A DNA stretch of 60,223 bases, filler included, from Streblomastix strix (taxonomy: Eukaryota): NCBI GenBank assembly GCA_008636045.1. It is 3 parts of 3 records of this genome, joined end to end, with 100 filler letters (N's around TTAATTAATTAA, not from the genome) between each part and the next. Parts side by side here need not be neighbours in the genome. Positions count along the whole stretch, not along the records: positions 40,219 to 60,223 come from SNRW01000470.1; 2 more parts are not named here. The stretch is one strand, 5' to 3'. The notes beneath the pieces are model-generated. The model searched no databases and was not told where the DNA came from. It saw only the letters and a program-made list of their open reading frames with translations. Below, piece after piece: positions 52,740 to 60,223 of this stretch; position 1 is the first letter of the stretch; each line of letters opens with the position of its first letter. The translations under genes and the position numbers were made by a program.

Positions 52740-52927
52740 AACAGACAGGGAAAGAGCAATAAAGAATCAAAATGAGTTTTATCATTAACAGTGATATTAG
52801 TTTTATTGTTATTTTATTATTATTACAATGTTATCATCTCACTGTTTGCTACGAAATGAGCCCATAGGCGCCCAGAGTCCAATAAACAAACGTGGAGCTC
52901 ACTTCTCTTTCGGAGGAGATTGCATTT
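52512..52927. repeat. Inverted and direct repeats at the DIRS 3' end
   Basis: 52577-52618 is the reverse complement of 52886-52927 (~42 bp, 3 mismatches). CAGAGTCCAATAAACAAA is direct at ~52512 and ~52873. Confidence 0.85.
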
Positions 52928-52999
52928 GCAACTGCTTCGTTTATATCCATTTTGATCTCACCAAAAGTTTAATAGAGAGGATGACCTACATTTGGGAAT

Positions 53000-54370
53000 T
53001 AGAAATTGAGAAGTTGTCTTCCTAATCGAACTTATCCTCCTTCATTTCCTCTAACATCAATTAGAAATTGACTTGCTTTATGATCTACAGGTTCATTGAA
53101 ATATTTTATTGAATCTATTATTGATTAACAAAACGATTCTTTATCACTTTGAATTTTAAGGATTGAATGATTTTATGACAAGAATGCCGAGTTCTTTACT
53201 TTTGTTGATATATGAAATTACTTCTGGATTATTTTCTATAGAAGGATCATTTATTTTGGTGTAAGAAGAAGCTTCTGCATTTCATAAAATGTTTAAATTA
53301 ATGTGATTGTTTTAAATTTAATTCATGATGTGATTATTATTTGAATTTTAAATTAATTTTGAATTGTTGACTGTTTCTGATGTTGAAATTATTTTAATCT
53401 ATTATTCTTATTCAATGAGAATTTGTTTTGGATGAAGTTTTTTCTCAAGATTTTTTGTAATCTTTCTTTATTCTTCTTCAAGTTTGAATGTTAAATCTTT
53501 GAATTATTATTCTTATTATTAAAATTCTTTCTCATTTATCTTTATTTTTTTTGATTATTTTTATATCTTATATTTCATTCTATTCCATAACTATTTCAAT
53601 TTATCAAATGATTTAAATTTATTATTCATTTTCTCTTCTTTTTTCAATTATTTATTTATTTTCATTTCAAGAGATGTTATAGAATGATAATAAGGTTCAA
53701 TAGTACATTCTTCAAATAGATTCAAATCTTCACTGGGAATTATGGATATTGGGAATTATAAAATATAAATGCCAGCCTCAAAATGTTCATTTATTTATAT
53801 TTCACTATAATCAGGGTGTTTGAATTGTTGAGCATTTCTTTATGTGAAATAACCCATGAGTGCATAATTCATTCTTGTAATTGAATTTCTGGAGATTGAT
53901 ACTTCTTCATCTGCCCATCTGGCAATGGCTTCAAGAGTTGGATAAGTACCTTCAAAATCTACATATGTATTATCATCATAGAATTTTTATCCTAATATAT
54001 TGATCTTATCTAATGAATAGTTTTATTCATTAATGTTAATTATAAAACTCAAAGAATAGTCTGTGTTACTTTAATTTACTGTAATTTGAGGAAATATATA
54101 GAATACTTTTTGGACACAAGGTGGAGTGAAAATTGTATGTGGATCTTTGAGATTGATAAGAAGAATCACTATTGACTAATTGAAGTCAATTGAATTTGAA
54201 CGTGTTGTTTAATTTATCTTGTCAAGACTAATATTTATGTTAACTGCATGTATCCCATATTCAATTGGTGAACATACTTGATTTGGTGATGTATCAATGA
54301 AAGCATAACTGTTGAGATATTCTTTTATGAAGATTATTGTTATGCTTTTCTCATTGGATTCAAGCTGAAT
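53000..54370 (-). pseudogene. Peptidase S41 (CPAF/UstP-like) N-terminal region followed by Q/E/K-rich sequence; no catalytic domain seen
   Basis: IKEYLNSYAFIDTSPN...LINLKDPHTIFTPPC...TLEAIARWADEEVSISRN..TRMNYAL. Confidence 0.45.
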
Positions 54371-54499
54371 TATTTTTGATAAATTTATAAAAATTAATAT
54401 AATATAATAATAATTATTCATTAAATATAAAATATTATAAATGAATATAAAATGAAAAATAATTAGTAGATGGAAATTCATACTTTAATACTTCTAAGA

Positions 54500-56080
54500 C
54501 AGCTTAATGTAAAGTCAAGTCTATATGAAACTCTTACATTCATATAGCAATTGCAACTTAATGGTGAGTAGTCTTTATTGCATCTAAATGTGTTTGGACT
54601 TACAGATTATCCATGTTCTTCAGTGCAATTCGGTTATGTTGGATATATTTTGTCTGTCCGACGTTATGATTTGGAGTATCCTTAAATTTCATCGGAATCT
54701 GAGAATGCAAAACTTAGGTTTGGTATATTTAGGCAGAGTAAACTTTAGTTTCTTGGCAAGTTGAAAAGTTGAATGGATCTCTTTTTTTTATAAATAACAG
54801 ACACAATTTTGTGGACGAATTTAATAAGTTCAAATATATCCAGATTAATTGAAATCGGTTAAACATAAACATGGGGTTGATTAAAGATCTTCACTATTAC
54901 ATTTTCGGTTTATTGGACAGTTAATCCCAGCTATTGGATCATCTTCATCAAGTCAATTACATTATCCAGGAGGTACTCCTTCTAATTAATTCAGATCGGT
55001 TTCTAATGGACATGTACATCTAATTGGTGCGTATTCATCAATGCACTTGCATGTGTTTGGTTTTACTGATGATCCATGAACACCATTACAATCGATAAGG
55101 AAAGGATATGCTTTATCTGCTTCACACTCTGTATAATTATCTTAAACACTATCACAGGCACAACTTCCATTATATATATTATCTGTGCAATATTAAGGAC
55201 AACCAGCACCTTATATTGCCAACCCAGATCTAGGATCTCCTGTTGTACGATATTTGTATTAAGCAACGGGAACTCCAATCAAATCATTTGAATCTTAAGG
55301 ACAAAAGCATCCTTCAGGGGAATTACCATCTATGCATATGCATGATTTTGGATATAAAGATAGAGAATCAGATTCATCACAATAATCAATTACTGACTAT
55401 TTTTCACATTCACAATCTGTTTTGGTAAAAGAATCATCATTGTCGTTCTATGGGCATGCGCAATCAAACGGAGCTTATCCATCTGCACATTTAAAATCAC
55501 CTACTTCATATCCTGTTTCTTCATCACAAGTTGATAATTTCTCATATCTTAAAACATCATCGCATGTTTTTATATCAAAAGATGGATTTGGTGTTGCGTC
55601 GCACTAACAAGTTGATGGATTAAAATTTGGAGTGCAAATGCAATTATCATGATGGAAATTCCTAATATTTTTCAAAGCATTTGACTGGTGTACAACAATC
55701 TGGATGATGCAATTATGAGCATTTGCATTCCCCTGTTTAGATAGGTCCATTATCAGCACAATTACAACCGATTGGAGTGTTGTTACCTGTGCATGTTTTT
55801 GTATCTATGCAATAATCAAGATTAAATGTAGCATCTTCATTTTCATATCATATGCATCTTTATTCATTATCTGGATGGATAGCAGATTTGCATGTACAGA
55901 AATCTGGTTAATAGTTAGATGTACAGAAACATTCTCTATCATTTTTTTCAAGAATAAATTCTTCACACTCCTCAGTGACATGACACGTAGTTCCTGCTCT
56001 TGGATCTTTAGTTTCGTGGCATATAAATGCAGATGGTAATATTCCACTCAAATATTATCCATTACATTAGACACATGCAT
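54500..56080 (-). pseudogene. Cysteine-rich repeat surface-protein fragment
   Basis: Repeated CxC-P-containing units (CTSNYQPDFCTC, TCTGNNTPIGCNC, CPLETDLNQLEGVPPGQCNQLDEDDP). Frameshifts present. Confidence 0.55.
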
Positions 56081-59030
56081 CAATTAGGATCTTACTTATT
56101 TAAAAACTTACTATTATAAGTTTGATCTGATGATAAACAAATCAGTTGGACTGAAATAAATTGAAGTAGAATTTTTGAAATCTTCTCCTGTGTATAGTTT
56201 TGTTGCAAGACATGTTGTTAGTTTAAATGTGGCTGATAATAAATCAAATATACTACCATCTTATGAATAAATTGATTTACTTGTGGAATCAGCTTAATAA
56301 TAAGTATTAATTCAATATTGTTTATCAACTGGTCAAATTTGAATATCTTCTTTTTTCAATATGTGCTGATATCGCATTCCTTCAATTAACAATCCTTACT
56401 GCAGCTTCAGATAGATATTTCTCATCTTTAATTAAATTTGAGTATCATTATTATCAAATGGAGTGAATGATGCTTAATCTCCTTTTAAAGAAGTAATTTT
56501 GAGAATTTCATTATCTCCATCTTTATATTTCTTTTTTATTCCTTCTTCTTCTTTATCAATCCTTGTTTCATGAATCATTAAATTTGCATCAGGATCAGCT
56601 GGTTCTCTAATAAATAATAATTTCTTACCTGGAACACCAGCTTTTATAATCCAAGAGGTACTGAATATGCTCAGAGTGCATCTAAATATATAACACCAAT
56701 CTCATCTTCATCTTCAAGCCATTTCTTTCCACGAGGTTGTGTTGGTTTGTGAATGAACGTCTAAAGTCGGATAGCATCATCTTCATCATTCATTGTGATC
56801 GATCCATCTGCAATACCTACACAGAAATAATTCTTTGCAAAAGGTTACGAAAGTCATAATAAATTTTGATCTTACAATATAGCTGCAATTATAAGCATAT
56901 CATATGGAACTAATGATCCATCTGCAAACATCAATTCTCGTTTCTCTAGATCGATATTCAGAACAGCTCCAGGTACTTCTTCAATATATCTCTATAATCC
57001 TAAACCAGCTAAAGTAGCAGGATTATAATTGCATGAATTCGCTACAAATAGTGCTGGTGCAGGAGGTCTAAAAGGTGTTGGTATCACAAATAGAGAATGA
57101 TGTGTTGATGGAGTTACATTTATGAATGATGCTGGTTATTCAGTTGCAGGTATATTTCCTGGAACCGATGGAATTATTGATCTTTTTTTTGTTTTAATTA
57201 GAAGAAGTGATAAATCAGGTTATTGGATGTATTCAGGAACTTTTGAGATGAAACCAGGTTGATTTGCTATTAATGATCCTATTTATGTAGAAGATGTAAT
57301 TGTAGTTGAATTGGTTCTTTCTTATTTATTAACTGGTTTCTATGAAAAATTAGATAATTATGATGCTGACTTTTGTTTCTATTATGAATAATCTCCCACT
57401 TTCTTCACATTATCTAACAATTCAATTTAAATATCCTTTTCTCGCTAAGGATCTACTTTCGCTGACTAAAAATGGTGGGATTGGTACTATTTCTTATGTT
57501 CCTGGAATACCAGCTGCTCAAACTATAATAGGTGGAACTGGTATAGAATGTAGTAATCTATGCTATGAATATACTTTTTATTTATATACTTATCTTAATA
57601 ATAAAGCTTTTTCTTTTTACTTTTAACTGATTCTTCATATTCATCACTTGTTATATCAACATCTATCTTCAATAATGTTTCATCTTCTTCACAAACATCA
57701 TATCCTTCCCAATCAATTTATCAATCTTATTTCTCTCCACCTTATCCTCGACCCATAATTTCATCATCTTTCTCTTTAATTTATTTAAAAACTTAGGTTT
57801 TCAACCATCAGAATCTGCACTCGATCCATATTTTGATATTTCGAAATATTCTTCTTATTCGCCATCTGGTTGATTTTATTATAATTGTTTCAGTTTAATA
57901 TATTTTGTAACACCAATACTATACATTTCATTTGGATAAAATTCAACAAAAGGATGATGATGGAATGCTGGTGGTGGTATTATAGTTGATTCTAAGCATC
58001 GAAGACATTATGGTGATACAAGTGTCAATGATAAAAAGAATCTCGATTTAGCAAATATCATTCTTTCTAATATAGATATATTAATATCGGATGATCCGAT
58101 AACTACAATTCTACCATTAGTTACTATCTATCTATCAAGTGCATTACCTCGTCTTAACATAGAAAATGCAAAATAAAGTTCAGAAAATCTGGAACGTTGT
58201 TATCCAGATGTTGATGTTGGTGGAGGTCGAATATGTTTAGTTGTTGGATCACCTACTGGACCAAATAGATCTGGGAATTATTATAAGTTAAGAACCTGAC
58301 AGATAATTAATATTAATTGTAAATCAAAATATTTAATTTAAAATAAACAAATAAATAATTTAAACTATATTTAATATAATTAATACTTTAATATAAACAT
58401 CATATATTGTTAGATAATATGGTTAATCTGTCTCAGCTAATGGTCTTTAAATATGTATTCTAAGTGGAATATGTGTGAAAATCTATTAAACTGCTGCTGG
58501 TAATGATGTTCCACCATATGAAAAAGTTCTAAAGTAAATCTATTCTTGCTGATGATAATCACAAGATCGCACGTAATATGAATCTAGCTCGTATATGGAT
58601 TAGTGAATAAAGTGCAAAATATATTTAATCATAATATGGATATCCATCATCTGATGTTCGATCAATTGTTGTTGGATCATTTTGATCAATTTCTTCAAGT
58701 TCAGAATAACATTCTATAAGTTGATAAAGGTCAATACGTAATCCAATGATGTAGAAGTGGCGTATCATTTCCTCAAATAACTTAATTCATTTGAAATTCT
58801 AATTTTAAAGATGAAGAATCAAATTCAGATGAGTAAAATGCAAGTCATTGGTTAAAGAAATTCATCAAGAAATAAATTATATTCATCACCTTATTTGTCA
58901 TAAGCAGCTTTTGTAGACTCAATTTCTGCATAATATTAATTGAATCGATATTGAGTGGATAAAATCTCTAATTTTGAATAGAATCAAACGTTGACTAAGA
59001 AATTATCTTCATCATGATGATTTAAGTTAT
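56080..59030 (-). pseudogene. CFAP61: CFAP61-like (cilia- and flagella-associated protein 61) C-terminal half, interrupted
   Basis: IVTNGRIVVIGSSDINISILERMIF...FLSLTLVSP (Rossmann-like) and DGSLVPYDMLIIAA. Low-complexity inserts, one intron (~58300-58410) and frameshifts. Confidence 0.6.
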
Positions 59031-60150
59031 TGAAAATCATAAAGAAAAAAAGTGGATATTTTTAATAAACTTTTCACAGAATAATTATCAAATATTTTTC
59101 TATACAAATGAAGAATTTCTTATCTATTTCATCAAATTTAATAGAAAAGCATCATGTGAACTATAGAGAAGTGGGTTCATCAAATTCAGCAAAGATTTCT
59201 CAGATGAATATAATTAAAATATTAGAATATTATTTTGTTCTACTTCAAAGTCGGACAAGTCTGAATTTATTGTATGAAAATATAAAAAAAAATATTTTAA
59301 TAAATAAATTCAAATAAAAATATTGAAAATATTGATTGATAAATAGATTACAAAATTTTTAATGAATAATTTGAGTAAATGTCTGTAATTAGATATTTCA
59401 ATATAAATATAATTAAAAATAAATAAATAAATTGAAAAATATTCAATAAAAATTAAAAAACATTAAAATTGGCGAGTTAAGTTTTAATAAATCCCCATAG
59501 ATTGGCCGTTTTTTTGAGAATATTTTTTTGCGTCAATTGTCCTTCATTACTACGTTATTATCTGCGTATGGCTGATTACAATTCTCATTAAAATTATGAA
59601 TCAATTATACATCTCCTGTACGAAGTTAATTAAATTTAATTCACCAGCGCCGTAGTATGTTGTCCATAATGAATTTAACATTTATTTCTTAAAGATAAAA
59701 TTAGATTACCTTCGGTTTGAAATTATTTAGCATGCCTTACTAACGTTGCGCAAGAAAAAACCTCGACCATTTTTTCATTCTTTCGCTAATCATCACTCAA
59801 ACTGCATATTATATTTTTAAATTTCATTAATAAAATTTTAATTATGCATTAATACTCACTTCCTTTTGCACATAAAAATGATAATACATACTCGAATATA
59901 TTTATTTCCATTTTTTTGATTTTCTTTGTTCATAGCCAATCCATGAAATTCTATCATTCTTTTCTTATAATATTTTTATTTGTCATTATTTTAGATCTTG
60001 CAGTGTAGCTATCGTCATGTGTGCGAAACGCGCTGATAAGGTCAAACCGACTGAATGGTCGGATTGTTTGCATTATTCAATTTATTCCCCCTACATTATT
60101 ATTCTAATATCCATTTCTCATTATCAATCATTCTATATTTAGATGTGTTC

Positions 60151-60223
60151 ATGGAAGAGCTGTCATCTGGTGCATTTGGGAGGATCCTGAAGATGTACAA
60201 CAAGACGAAGACTAAAGACGAAC
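60151..60223 (+). CDS. Start of a protein kinase domain (Gly-rich loop), partial
   Basis: MEELSSGAFGRILKMYNKTKTKDE at the window end. Confidence 0.5.
   Translation, partial: MEELSSGAFGRILKMYNKTKTKDE

Larger units (their letters stand above)
48360..52930 (+). mobile_element. DIRS-type retrotransposon (second family): gag with RS tract, RT-RNase H, truncated MTase-like domain, YR, structured 3' end
   Basis: gag ATG 48360. WRKILDCRELN, SLDLHQAFHHI, IPFGVATAP, AYADDILL, FLGW, TDASKDG*GA, SSNQRELLAI, TDNTVA, HIPGIMNKEPDSLS, MDAFATRINR. YR ICPVRWW, SVRSAAITKL, RFTHHS...RQYY. Confidence 0.93.

Noticed and set aside
52512..52930. Hammerhead ribozyme at the DIRS terminus
   Set aside because: No CTGANGA...GAAA core with proper stems was found on either strand.

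Overview
AT-rich eukaryotic (protist) DNA. The window is three roughly 20-kb contigs joined by artificial N44-TTAATTAATTAA-N44 linkers (20010-20109 and 40119-40218). Genes only read open if TAA and TAG encode Gln and TGA is the sole stop (translation table 6), so the supplied standard-code ORF track is mostly fragments or antisense shadows. The code, short AT-rich GT-AG introns, GGxI beta-helix surface proteins and abundant DIRS/Polinton-type elements suggest an oxymonad such as Streblomastix (inference). Contig 1 holds a repeat-rich beta-helix surface protein, tRNA-Glu(TTC), a QP-rich/OB-fold/coiled-coil/Zn-finger protein, a putatively myristoylated PP5-like pseudophosphatase fused to a pseudokinase C-lobe, and a partial TAF5. 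Contig 2 holds a decayed DIRS retrotransposon, a ~15-kb degenerate endogenous Polinton/Maverick-like virus (protein-primed PolB, probable major capsid protein, fibre, rve integrase, two HNH proteins, a recurrent intergenic motif) and a HECT ligase remnant. Contig 3 holds two head-to-head DIRS elements, one with an apparent spliceosomal intron in its tyrosine recombinase and a structured 3' end, plus degenerate S41-like, Cys-rich and CFAP61-like segments. All translations were done by eye, and boundaries of degenerate genes are approximate.
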